A stretch of 64,000 nt of DNA from Phaeosaccion multiseriatum (GCA_965112735.1 OZ218950.1:1-64000), one strand, 5' to 3'. Positions 1-13,466 are shown, counted from the stretch's first letter. Notes: generated by a model not told the origin, from the letters alone. Program-made: numbers and translations.

Positions 1-3000
1 AACCCTAACCCTAACCCTAACCCTAACCCTAACCCTAACCCTAACCCTAACCCTAACCCTAACCCTAACCCTAACCCTAACCCTAACCCTAACCCTAACC
101 CTAACCCTAACCCTAACCCTAACCCTAACCCTAACCCTAACCCTAACCCTAACCCTAACCCTAACCCTAACCCTAACCCTAACCCTAACCCTAACCCTAA
201 CCCTAACCCTAACCCTAACCCTAACCCTAACCCTAACCCTAACCCTAACCCTAACCCTAACCCTAACCCTAACCCTAACCCTAACCCTAACCCTAACCCT
301 AACCCTAACCCTAACCCTAACCCTAACCCTAACCCTAACCCTAACCCTAACCCTAACCCTAACCCTAACCCTAACCCTAACCCTAACCCTAACCCTAACC
401 CTAACCCTAACCCTAACCCTAACCCTAACCCTAACCCTAACCCTAACCCTAACCCTAACCCTAACCCTAACCCTAACCCTAACCCTAACCCTAACCCTAA
501 CCCTAACCCTAACCCTAACCCTAACCCTAACCCTAACCCTAACCCTAACCCTAACCCTAACCCTAACCCTAACCCTAACCCTAACCCTAACCCTAACCCT
601 AACCCTAACCCTAACCCTAACCCTAACCCTAACCCTAACCCTAACCCTAACCCTAACCCTAACCCTAACCCTAACCCTAACCCTAACCCTAACCCTAACC
701 CTAACCCTAACCCTAACCCTAACCCTAACCCTAACCCTAACCCTAACCCTAACCCTAACCCTAACCCTAACCCTAACCCTAACCCTAACCCTAACCCTAA
801 CCCTAACCCTAACCCTAACCCTAACCCTAACCCTAACCCTAACCCTAACCCTAACCCTAACCCTAACCCTAACCCTAACCCTAACCCTAACCCTAACCCT
901 AACCCTAACCCTAACCCTAACCCTAACCCTAACCCTAACCCTAACCCTAACCCTAACCCTAACCCTAACCCTAACCCTAACCCTAACCCTAACCCTAACC
1001 CTAACCCTAACCCTAACCCTAACCCTAACCCTAACCCTAACCCTAACCCTAACCCTAACCCTAACCCTAACCCTAACCCTAACCCTAACCCTAACCCTAA
1101 CCCTAACCCTAACCCTAACCCTAACCCTAACCCTAACCCTAACCCTAACCCTAACCCTAACCCTAACCCTAACCCTAACCCTAACCCTAACCCTAACCCT
1201 AACCCTAACCCTAACCCTAACCCTAACCCTAACCCTAACCCTAACCCTAACCCTAACCCTAACCCTAACCCTAACCCTAACCCTAACCCTAACCCTAACC
1301 CTAACCCTAACCCTAACCCTAACCCTAACCCTAACCCTAACCCTAACCCTAACCCTAACCCTAACCCTAACCCTAACCCTAACCCTAACCCTAACCCTAA
1401 CCCTAACCCTAACCCTAACCCTAACCCTAACCCTAACCCTAACCCTAACCCTAACCCTAACCCTAACCCTAACCCTAACCCTAACCCTAACCCTAACCCT
1501 AACCCTAACCCTAACCCTAACCCTAACCCTAACCCTAACCCTAACCCTAACCCTAACCCTAACCCTAACCCTAACCCTAACCCTAACCCTAACCCTAACC
1601 CTAACCCTAACCCTAACCCTAACCCTAACCCTAACCCTAACCCTAACCCTAACCCTAACCCTAACCCTAACCCTAACCCTAACCCTAACCCTAACCCTAA
1701 CCCTAACCCTAACCCTAACCCTAACCCTAACCCTAACCCTAACCCTAACCCTAACCCTAACCCTAACCCTAACCCTAACCCTAACCCTAACCCTAACCCT
1801 AACCCTAACCCTAACCCTAACCCTAACCCTAACCCTAACCCTAACCCTAACCCTAACCCTAACCCTAACCCTAACCCTAACCCTAACCCTAACCCTAACC
1901 CTAACCCTAACCCTAACCCTAACCCTAACCCTAACCCTAACCCTAACCCTAACCCTAACCCTAACCCTAACCCTAACCCTAACCCTAACCCTAACCCTAA
2001 CCCTAACCCTAACCCTAACCCTAACCCTAACCCTAACCCTAACCCTAACCCTAACCCTAACCCTAACCCTAACCCTAACCCTAACCCTAACCCTAACCCT
2101 AACCCTAACCCTAACCCTAACCCTAACCCTAACCCTAACCCTAACCCTAACCCTAACCCTAACCCTAACCCTAACCCTAACCCTAACCCTAACCCTAACC
2201 CTAACCCTAACCCTAACCCTAACCCTAACCCTAACCCTAACCCTAACCCTAACCCTAACCCTAACCCTAACCCTAACCCTAACCCTAACCCTAACCCTAA
2301 CCCTAACCCTAACCCTAACCCTAACCCTAACCCTAACCCTAACCCTAACCCTAACCCTAACCCTAACCCTAACCCTAACCCTAACCCTAACCCTAACCCT
2401 AACCCTAACCCTAACCCTAACCCTAACCCTAACCCTAACCCTAACCCTAACCCTAACCCTAACCCTAACCCTAACCCTAACCCTAACCCTAACCCTAACC
2501 CTAACCCTAACCCTAACCCTAACCCTAACCCTAACCCTAACCCTAACCCTAACCCTAACCCTAACCCTAACCCTAACCCTAACCCTAACCCTAACCCTAA
2601 CCCTAACCCTAACCCTAACCCTAACCCTAACCCTAACCCTAACCCTAACCCTAACCCTAACCCTAACCCTAACCCTAACCCTAACCCTAACCCTAACCCT
2701 AACCCTAACCCTAACCCTAACCCTAACCCTAACCCTAACCCTAACCCTAACCCTAACCCTAACCCTAACCCTAACCCTAACCCTAACCCTAACCCTAACC
2801 CTAACCCTAACCCTAACCCTAACCCTAACCCTAACCCTAACCCTAACCCTAACCCTAACCCTAACCCTAACCCTAACCCTAACCCTAACCCTAACCCTAA
2901 CCCTAACCCTAACCCTAACCCTAACCCTAACCCTAACCCTAACCCTAACCCTAACCCTAACCCTAACCCTAACCCTAACCCTAACCCTAACCCTAACCCT

Positions 3001-6000
3001 AACCCTAACCCTAACCCTAACCCTAACCCTAACCCTAACCCTAACCCTAACCCTAACCCTAACCCTAACCCTAACCCTAACCCTAACCCTAACCCTAACC
3101 CTAACCCTAACCCTAACCCTAACCCTAACCCTAACCCTAACCCTAACCCTAACCCTAACCCTAACCCTAACCCTAACCCTAACCCTAACCCTAACCCTAA
3201 CCCTAACCCTAACCCTAACCCTAACCCTAACCCTAACCCTAACCCTAACCCTAACCCTAACCCTAACCCTAACCCTAACCCTAACCCTAACCCTAACCCT
3301 AACCCTAACCCTAACCCTAACCCTAACCCTAACCCTAACCCTAACCCTAACCCTAACCCTAACCCTAACCCTAACCCTAACCCTAACCCTAACCCTAACC
3401 CTAACCCTAACCCTAACCCTAACCCTAACCCTAACCCTAACCCTAACCCTAACCCTAACCCTAACCCTAACCCTAACCCTAACCCTAACCCTAACCCTAA
3501 CCCTAACCCTAACCCTAACCCTAACCCTAACCCTAACCCTAACCCTAACCCTAACCCTAACCCTAACCCTAACCCTAACCCTAACCCTAACCCTAACCCT
3601 AACCCTAACCCTAACCCTAACCCTAACCCTAACCCTAACCCTAACCCTAACCCTAACCCTAACCCTAACCCTAACCCTAACCCTAACCCTAACCCTAACC
3701 CTAACCCTAACCCTAACCCTAACCCTAACCCTAACCCTAACCCTAACCCTAACCCTAACCCTAACCCTAACCCTAACCCTAACCCTAACCCTAACCCTAA
3801 CCCTAACCCTAACCCTAACCCTAACCCTAACCCTAACCCTAACCCTAACCCTAACCCTAACCCTAACCCTAACCCTAACCCTAACCCTAACCCTAACCCT
3901 AACCCTAACCCTAACCCTAACCCTAACCCTAACCCTAACCCTAACCCTAACCCTAACCCTAACCCTAACCCTAACCCTAACCCTAACCCTAACCCTAACC
4001 CTAACCCTAACCCTAACCCTAACCCTAACCCTAACCCTAACCCTAACCCTAACCCTAACCCTAACCCTAACCCTAACCCTAACCCTAACCCTAACCCTAA
4101 CCCTAACCCTAACCCTAACCCTAACCCTAACCCTAACCCTAACCCTAACCCTAACCCTAACCCTAACCCTAACCCTAACCCTAACCCTAACCCTAACCCT
4201 AACCCTAACCCTAACCCTAACCCTAACCCTAACCCTAACCCTAACCCTAACCCTAACCCTAACCCTAACCCTAACCCTAACCCTAACCCTAACCCTAACC
4301 CTAACCCTAACCCTAACCCTAACCCTAACCCTAACCCTAACCCTAACCCTAACCCTAACCCTAACCCTAACCCTAACCCTAACCCTAACCCTAACCCTAA
4401 CCCTAACCCTAACCCTAACCCTAACCCTAACCCTAACCCTAACCCTAACCCTAACCCTAACCCTAACCCTAACCCTAACCCTAACCCTAACCCTAACCCT
4501 AACCCTAACCCTAACCCTAACCCTAACCCTAACCCTAACCCTAACCCTAACCCTAACCCTAACCCTAACCCTAACCCTAACCCTAACCCTAACCCTAACC
4601 CTAACCCTAACCCTAACCCTAACCCTAACCCTAACCCTAACCCTAACCCTAACCCTAACCCTAACCCTAACCCTAACCCTAACCCTAACCCTAACCCTAA
4701 CCCTAACCCTAACCCTAACCCTAACCCTAACCCTAACCCTAACCCTAACCCTAACCCTAACCCTAACCCTAACCCTAACCCTAACCCTAACCCTAACCCT
4801 AACCCTAACCCTAACCCTAACCCTAACCCTAACCCTAACCCTAACCCTAACCCTAACCCTAACCCTAACCCTAACCCTAACCCTAACCCTAACCCTAACC
4901 CTAACCCTAACCCTAACCCTAACCCTAACCCTAACCCTAACCCTAACCCTAACCCTAACCCTAACCCTAACCCTAACCCTAACCCTAACCCTAACCCTAA
5001 CCCTAACCCTAACCCTAACCCTAACCCTAACCCTAACCCTAACCCTAACCCTAACCCTAACCCTAACCCTAACCCTAACCCTAACCCTAACCCTAACCCT
5101 AACCCTAACCCTAACCCTAACCCTAACCCTAACCCTAACCCTAACCCTAACCCTAACCCTAACCCTAACCCTAACCCTAACCCTAACCCTAACCCTAACC
5201 CTAACCCTAACCCTAACCCTAACCCTAACCCTAACCCTAACCCTAACCCTAACCCTAACCCTAACCCTAACCCTAACCCTAACCCTAACCCTAACCCTAA
5301 CCCTAACCCTAACCCTAACCCTAACCCTAACCCTAACCCTAACCCTAACCCTAACCCTAACCCTAACCCTAACCCTAACCCTAACCCTAACCCTAACCCT
5401 AACCCTAACCCTAACCCTAACCCTAACCCTAACCCTAACCCTAACCCTAACCCTAACCCTAACCCTAACCCTAACCCTAACCCTAACCCTAACCCTAACC
5501 CTAACCCTAACCCTAACCCTAACCCTAACCCTAACCCTAACCCTAACCCTAACCCTAACCCTAACCCTAACCCTAACCCTAACCCTAACCCTAACCCTAA
5601 CCCTAACCCTAACCCTAACCCTAACCCTAACCCTAACCCTAACCCTAACCCTAACCCTAACCCTAACCCTAACCCTAACCCTAACCCTAACCCTAACCCT
5701 AACCCTAACCCTAACCCTAACCCTAACCCTAACCCTAACCCTAACCCTAACCCTAACCCTAACCCTAACCCTAACCCTAACCCTAACCCTAACCCTAACC
5801 CTAACCCTAACCCTAACCCTAACCCTAACCCTAACCCTAACCCTAACCCTAACCCTAACCCTAACCCTAACCCTAACCCTAACCCTAACCCTAACCCTAA
5901 CCCTAACCCTAACCCTAACCCTAACCCTAACCCTAACCCTAACCCTAACCCTAACCCTAACCCTAACCCTAACCCTAACCCTAACCCTAACCCTAACCCT

Positions 6001-6847
6001 AACCCTAACCCTAACCCTAACCCCTAACCCTAACCCTAACCCTAACCCTAACCCTAACCCTAACCCTAACCCTAACCCTAACCCTAACCCTAACCCTAAC
6101 CCTAACCCTAACCCTAACCCTAACCCTAACCCTAACCCTAACCCTAACCCTAACCCTAACCCTAACCCTAACCCTAACCCTAACCCTAACCCTAACCCTA
6201 ACCCTAACCCTAACCCTAACCCTAACCCTAACCCTAACCCTAACCCTAACCCTAACCCTAACCCTAACCCTAACCTAACCCTAACCCTAACCCTAACCCT
6301 AACCCTAACCCTAACCCTAACCCTAACCCTAACCCTAACCCTAACCCTAACCCTAACCCTAACCCTAACCCTAACCCTAACCCTAACCCTAACCCTAACC
6401 CTAACCTAACCCTAACCCTAACCCTAACCCTAACCCTAACCCTAACCCTAACCCTAACCCTAACCCTAACCCTAACCCTAACCCTAACCCTAACCCTAAC
6501 CCTAACCCTAACCCTAACCTAACCCTAACCCTAACCCTAACCCTAACCCTAACCCTAACCCTAACCCTAACCCTAACCCTAACCCTAACCCTAACCCTAA
6601 CCCTAACCCTAACCCTAACCTAACCCTAACCCTAACCCTAACCCTAACCCTAACCCTAACCCTAACCCTAACCCTAACCCTAACCCTAACCCTAACCCTA
6701 ACCCTAACCCTAACCCTAACCCTAACCCTAACCCTAACCCTAACCCTAACCCTAACCCTAACCCTAACCCTAACCCTAACCCTAACCCTAACCCTAACCC
6801 TAACCCTAACCCTAACCCTAACCCTAACCCTAACCCTAACCCTAACC

Positions 6848-6888
<41 letters not shown>

Positions 6889-7171
6889 CCCTAACCCTAA
6901 CCCTAACCCTAACCCTAACCCTAACCCTAACCTAACCCTAACCCTAACCCTAACCCTAACCCTAACCCTAACCCTAACCCTAACCCTAACCCTAACCCTA
7001 ACCCTAACCCTAACCCTAACCCTAACCCTAACCCTAACCCTAACCCTAACCCTAACCCTAACCCTAACCCTAACCCTAACCCTAACCCTAACCCTAACCC
7101 TAACCCTAACCCTAACCCTAACCCTAACCCTAACCCTAACCCTAACCCTAACCCTAACCCTAACCCTAACC
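1..7171 (+). repeat. Telomere, (CCCTAA)n = TTAGGG type, chromosome left end
   Basis: Perfect CCCTAA array from base 1 to ~6020. A few variant units (CCCCTAA, CCTAA, CCCTAAA) occur from ~6020 to ~6935. Abrupt junction to the satellite at ...TAACC|GTTCGAGG. Confidence 0.99.
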
Positions 7172-10100
7172 GTTCGAGGCCTCTAGACCCGAGAGCCAGT
7201 CGAGATCCACTTCGTCTGAGGCCTCTAGACCCGGGATCCAGTTGAGATCCACTTCGTTCGAGGCCTCTAGACCCGGGATCCAGTTGAGATCCACTTCGTT
7301 CGAGGCCTCTAGACCCGAGAGCCAGTTGAGATCCACCTCGTTCGAGGCCTCTAGACCCGGGAGCCAGTTGAGATCCACTTCGATCGAGGCCTCTAGACCC
7401 GAGAGCCAGTTGAGATCCACTTCGTTCGAGGCCTCTAGACCCGGGATCCAGTTGAGATCCACTTCGTTCGAGGCCTCTAGACCCGGGAGCCAGTTGAGAT
7501 CCACTTCGTTCGAGGCCTCTAGACCCGGGAGCCAGTTGAGATCCACTTCGTCCGAGGCCTCTAGACCCGGGATCCAGTTGAGATCCACTTCGTTCGAGGC
7601 CTCTAGACCCGAGAGCCAGTTGAGATCCACTTCGTTCGAGGCCTCTAGACCCGAGAGCCAGTTGAGATCCACTTCGTTCGAGGCCTCTAGACGCGAGAGC
7701 CAGTTGAGATCCACTTCGTCCGAGGCCTCTGGACCCGGGATCCAGTTGAGATCCACTTCATTCGGGCCCTCTAGACCCGAGAGCCAGTTGAGATCCACTT
7801 CGTTCGAGGCCTCTAGACCCGAGAGCCAGTTGAGATCCACTTCGTTCGAGGCCTCTAGACCCGAGATCCAGTTGAGATCCACCTCGTTCGAGGCCTCTAG
7901 ACCCGGGATCCAGTTGAGATCCACTTCGTTCGAGGCCTCTAGACCCGAGATCCAGTTGAGATCCACTTCGTCTGAGGCCTCTAGACCCGGGATCCAGTTG
8001 AGATACACTTCGTTCGAGGCCTCTAGACCCGGGATCCAGTTGAGATCCACTTCGTTCGAGGCCTCTAGACCCGAGAGCCAGTCGAGATCCACTTCGTTCG
8101 AGGCCTCTAGACCCGGGATCCAGTTGAGATCCACTTCGTCCGAAGCCTCTAGACCCGAGAGCCATTTGAGATCCACTTCGTTCGAGGCCTCTAGACCCGG
8201 GAGCCAGTTGAGATCCACTTCGTTCGAGGCCTCTAGACCCGGGAGCCAGTTGAGATCCACTTCGTTCGAGGCCTTTAGACCCGGGATCCAGTTGAGATCC
8301 ACTTCGTTCGAGGCCTCTAGACCCGAGATCCAGTTGAGATCCACTTCGTTCGAGGCCTCTAGACCCGGGATCCAGTTGAGATCCACTTCGTTCGAGGCCT
8401 CTAGACCCGAGAGCCAGTTGAGATCCACTTCGTTCGAGGCCTCTAGACCCGGGAGCCAGTTGAGATCCACTTCGATCGAGGCCTCTAGACCCGGGATCCA
8501 GTTGAGATCCACTTCTTCGAGGCCTCTAGTCGAGATCCACTTCGTTCGAGGCCTCTAGACCCGAGAGCCAGTCGAGATCCACTTCGTCCGAGGCCTCTAG
8601 ACCCGGGATCCAGTTGAGATCCACTTCGTTCGAGGCCTCTAGACCCGGGATCCAGTTGAGATCCACTTCATCCGAGGCCACTAGACCCGAGAGCCAGTTG
8701 AGATCCATTTCGTTCGAGGCCTCTAGACCCGGGAGCCAGTTGAGATCCACTTCGTTCGAGGCCTCTAGACCCGGGAGCCAGTTGAGATCCACTTCGTTCG
8801 AGGCCTCTAGACCCGGGATCCAGTTGAGATCCACTTCGTTCGAGGCCTCTAGACCCGGGACCCAGTCGAGATCCACTTCGTCCGAGGCCTCTAGACCCGG
8901 GATCCAGTTGAGATCCACTTCGTCCGAGGCCTCTAGACCCGAGAGCCAGTTGAGATCCACTTCGTTCGAGGCCTCTAGACCCGGGAGCCAGTTGAGATCC
9001 ACTTCGTTCGAGGCCTTTAGACTGTAGCCTATCTGAAGGCAACAAAAATATCGCCCATTCAAGGGTATCGATACCATCTCTACCATTCTCGGGTTCGATT
9101 CTCATCTGAGCTCTCTCTGCTACTATTTTCCTGTGGACTTGAGGTACCCATAGGACTTCTATATATTTTCCTGTGGACTTGGTGTACCCATAGGACTTCT
9201 ACATCTTCTTGGATGGGTATCGATACCCTTGAATGGGCGATATTTTTGTTGCCTTCAGATAGGCTACACCGGGAGCCTGTTGAGATCCACTTCGTTCGGG
9301 GCCTCTAGACCCGGGATCCAGTTGAGATCCACTTCTTCGAGGCCTCTAGTCGAGATCCACTTCGTTCGAGGCCTCTAGACCCGAGAGCCAGTCGAGATCC
9401 ACTTCGTCCGAGGCCTCTAGACCCGGGATCCAGTTGAGATCCACTTCGTCCGAGGCCTCTAGACCCGGGATCCAGTTGAGATCCACTTCGTCCGAGGCCT
9501 CTAGACCCGAGAGCCAGTTGAGATCCATTTCGTTCGAGGCCTCTAGACCCGGGAGCCAGTTGAGATCCACTTCGTTCGAGGCCTCTAGACCCGGAAGCCA
9601 GTTGAGATCCACTTCGTTCGAGGCCTCTAGACCCGGGATGCAGTCGAGATCCACTTCGTTCGAGGCCTCTAGACCCGAGAGCCAGTTGAGATCCACTTCG
9701 TCCGAGGCCTCTAGACCCGAGATCCAGTTGAGATCCACTTCGTCCGAGGCCTCTAGACCCGAGAGCCAGTTGAGATCCACTTCGTTCGAGGCCTCTAGAC
9801 CCGGGAGCCAGTTGAGATCCACTTCGTTCGAGGCCTCTAGACCCGGGAGCCAGTTGAGATCCACTTCGTTCGAGGCCTCTAGACCCGGGATCCAGTTGAG
9901 ATCCACTTCGTTCGAGGCCTCTAGACCCGAGATCCAGTTGAGATCCACTTCGTTCGAGGCCTCTAGACCCGGGATCCAGTTGAGATCCACTTCGTTCGAG
10001 GCCTCTAGACCCGAGAGCCAGTTGAGATCCACTTCGTTCGAGGCCTCTAGACCCGGGATCCAGTTGAGATCCACTTCGTTCGAGGCCTCTAGACCCGAGA

Positions 10101-13100
10101 GCCAGTCGAGATCCACTTCGTCCGAGGCCTCTAGACGCGGGATCCAGTTGAGATCCACTTCGTCCGAGGCCTCTAGACCCGGGATCCAGTTGAGATCCAC
10201 TTCGTTCGAGGCTTCTAGACCCGAGAGCCAGTTGAGATCCACTTCGTTCGAGGCCTCTAGACCCGGGAGCCAGTTGAGATCCACTTCGTTCGAGGCCTCT
10301 AGACCCGGGAGCCAGTTGAGATCCACTTCGTTCGAGGCCTCTAGGCCCGGGATCCAGCTGAGATCCACTTCGTTCGAGGCCTCTAGACCCGAGAGCCAGT
10401 CGAGATCCACTTCGTCCGAGGCCTCTAGACCCGGGATCCAGTTGAGATCCACTTCGTCCGAGGCCTCTAGACCCGAGAGCCAGTTGAGATGCACTTCGTT
10501 CGAGGCCTCTAGACCCGAGAGCCAGTTGAGATCCACTTCGTTCGAGGCCTCTAGACCCGGGAGCCAGTTGAGATCCACTTCGTTCGAGGCCTCTAGACCC
10601 GGGATCCAGTCGAGATCCACTTCGTTCGAGGCCTCTAGACCCGGGAGCCAGTCGAGATCCACTTCGTTCGAGGCCTCTAGACCCGGGATCCAGTTGAGAT
10701 CCACTTCGTTCGAGGCCTGTAGACCCGGGAGCCAGTTGAGATCCACTTCGTCCGAGGCCTCTAGACCCGAGAGCCAGTTGAGATCCACTTCGTCCGAGGC
10801 CTCTAGACCCGGGAGCCAGTTGAGATCCACTTCGTTCGAGGCCTCTAGACCCGGGATCCAGTTGAGATCCACTTCGTTCGAGGCCTCTAGACCCGAGAGC
10901 CAGTTGAGATCCACTTCGTTCGAGGCCTCTAGACCCGGGAGCCAGTTGAGATCCACTTCGTTCGAGGCCTCTAGACCCGGGAGCCAGTTGAGATCCACTT
11001 CGTTCGAGGCCTGTAGACCCGGGAGCCAGTTGAGATCCACTTCGTCCGAGGCCTCTAGACCCGAGAGCCAGTTGAGATCCACTTCGTTCGAGGCCTCTAG
11101 ACCCGAGAGCCAGTTGAGATCCACTTCGTTCGAGGCCTCTAGACCCGAGAGCCAGTTGAGATCCACTTCGTTCGAGGCCTCTAGACCCGGGAGCCAGTTG
11201 AGATCCACTTCGTTCGAGGCCTCTAGACCCGGGATCCAGTTGAGATCCACTTCGTTCGAGGCCTCTAGACCCGAGAGCCAGTTGAGATCCACTTCGTTTG
11301 AGGCCTCTAGACCCGAGAGCCAGTTGAGATCCACTTCGTTCGAGGCCTCTAGACCCGGGATCCAGTTGAGATCCACTTCGTTCGAGGCCGCTAGACCCGG
11401 GAGCCAGTTGAGATCCACTTCGTTCGAGGCCTCTAGACCCGGGAGCCAGTTGAGATCCACTTCGTTCGAGGCCTCTAGGCCCGGGATCCAGCTGAGATCC
11501 ACTTCGTTCGAGGCCTCTAGACCCGAGAGCCAGTCGAGATCCACTTCGTCCGAGGCCTCTAGACCCGGGATCCAGTTGAGATCCACTTCGTCCGAGGCCT
11601 CTAGACCCGAGAGCCAGTTGAGATGCACTTCGTTCGAGGCCTCTAGACCCGAGAGCCAGTTGAGATCCACTTCGTTCGAGGCCTCTAGACCCGGGAGCCA
11701 GTTGAGATCCACTTCGTTCGAGGCCTCTAGACCCGGGATCCAGTCGAGATCCACTTCGTTCGAGGCCTCTAGACCCGGGAGCCAGTCGAGATCCACTTCG
11801 TTCGAGGCCTCTAGACCCGGGATCCAGTTGAGATCCACTTCGTTCGAGGCCTCTAGACCCGAGAGCCAGTCGAGATCCACTTCGTTTGAGGCCTCTAGAC
11901 CCGAGAGCCAGTTGAGATCCACTTCGTTCGAGGCCTCTAGACCCGGGAGCCAGTTGAGATCCACTTCGTTCGAGGCCTCTAGACCCGGGATCCAGTTGAG
12001 ATCCACTTCGTTCGAGGCCTCTAGACCCGGGATCCAGTTGAGATCCACTTCGTTCGAGGCCTCTAGACCCGGGATCCAGTTGAGATCCACTTCGTTCGAG
12101 GCCTCTAGACCCGGGAGCCAGTTGAGATCCACTTCGTTCGAGGCCTCTAGACCCGAGAGCCAGTTGAGATCCACTTCGTTCGAGGCCTCTAGACCCGGGA
12201 GCCAGTTGAGATCCACTTCGTTCGAGGCCTCTAGACCCGGGAGCCAGTTGAGATCCACTTCGTTCGAGGCCTCTAGACCCGGGAGCCAGTTGAGATCCAC
12301 TTCGTTCGAGGCCTCTAGACCCGGGATCCAGTTGAGATCCACTTCGTTCGAGGCCTCTAGACCCGAGAGCCAGTTGAGATCCACTTCGTTCGAGGCCTCT
12401 AGACCCGAGAGCCAGTTGAGATCCACTTCGTTCGAGGCCTCTAGACCCGGGAGCCAGTTGAGATCCCCTTCGTTCGAGGCCTCTAGACCCGAGAGCCAGT
12501 TGAGATCCACTTTGTTCGAGGCCTCTAGACCCGGGAGCCAGTTGAGATCCACTTCGTTCGAGGCCTCTAGACCCGGGAGCCAGTTGAGATCCACTTCGTT
12601 CGAGGCCTCTAGACCCGAGAGCCAGTTGAGATCCACTTCGTTCGAGGCCTCTAGACACGAGATCCAGTCGAGATCCACTTCGTTCGAGGCCTCTAGACCC
12701 GGGATCCAGTTGAGATCCACTTCGTTCGAGGCCTCTAGACCCGGGATCCAGTTGAGATCCACTTCGTTCGAGGCCTCTAGACCCGAGAGCCAGTTGAGAT
12801 CCACTTCGTTCGAGGCCTCTAGACCCGAGAGCCAGTCGAGATCCACTTCGTCCGAGGCCTCTAGACGCGGGATCCAGTTGAGATCCACTTCGTCCGAGGC
12901 CTCTAGACCCGAGAGCCAGTTGAGATCCACTTCGTTCGAGGCCTCTAGACCCGGGAGCCAGTTGAGATCCACTTCGTTCGAGGCCTCTAGACCCGGGATC
13001 CAGTTGAGATCCACTTCGTTCGAGGCCTCTAGACCCGAGAGCCAGTTGAGATCCACTTCGTTCGAGGCCTCTAGACCCGAGGTCCAGTCGAGATCCACTT

Positions 13101-13370
13101 CGTTCGAGGCCTCTAGACCCGGGACTCAGTCGAGATCCACTTCGTTCGAGGCCTCTAGACCCGAGAGCCAGTCGAGATCCACTTCGTCCGAGGCCTCTAG
13201 ACCCGGGATCCAGTTGAGATCCACTTCGTCCGAGGCCTCTAGACCCGGGACTCAGTCGAGATCCACTTCGTTCGAGGCCTCTAGACCCGGGAGCCAGTTG
13301 AGATCCACTTCGTTCGAGGCCTCTAGACCCGAGAGCCAGTTGAGATCCACTTCGTCCGAGGCCTCTAGAC
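7171..13370. repeat. Subtelomeric 42-bp satellite (~140 units), consensus CGTTCGAGGCCTCTAGACCCGRGAKCCAGTYGAGATCCACTT
   Basis: Head-to-tail 42-bp units with four recurrently polymorphic positions. Two 28-bp deleted units at ~8511 and ~9331. Interrupted at 9023-9268. Confidence 0.98.
9023..9268. mobile_element. Non-autonomous TIR element (MITE-like), 246 bp, 53-bp perfect TIRs, TGT...ACA ends, no TSD
   Basis: 9023-9075 TGTAGCCTATCTGAAGGCAACAAAAATATCGCCCATTCAAGGGTATCGATACC is the exact reverse complement of 9216-9268. Internal 40-bp direct repeat at 9124-9203. AT-richer than the flanks. The flanks TAGAC|CCGGG rejoin into an intact satellite unit. Confidence 0.93.
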
Positions 13371-13466
13371 GACGATCCTGAAGGAAGAATAGCATAAGTC
13401 AATGAAGTATGTCGACGCCGTGGCCCCTCCGCTTTTATTACTCTCCTTTCCCCCTTTCCTTCCCCC

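Noticed and set aside
7171-13370. CRISPR-like array
   Set aside because: Units are contiguous with no unique spacers, the context is a eukaryotic subtelomere, and no cas genes are present.
7171-13370. TAG reassignment suggested by the synonymous-looking satellite frame
   Set aside because: TAG terminates the methyltransferase and Tubby-like genes at the expected C-termini, and no in-frame TAG was seen in conserved exons.
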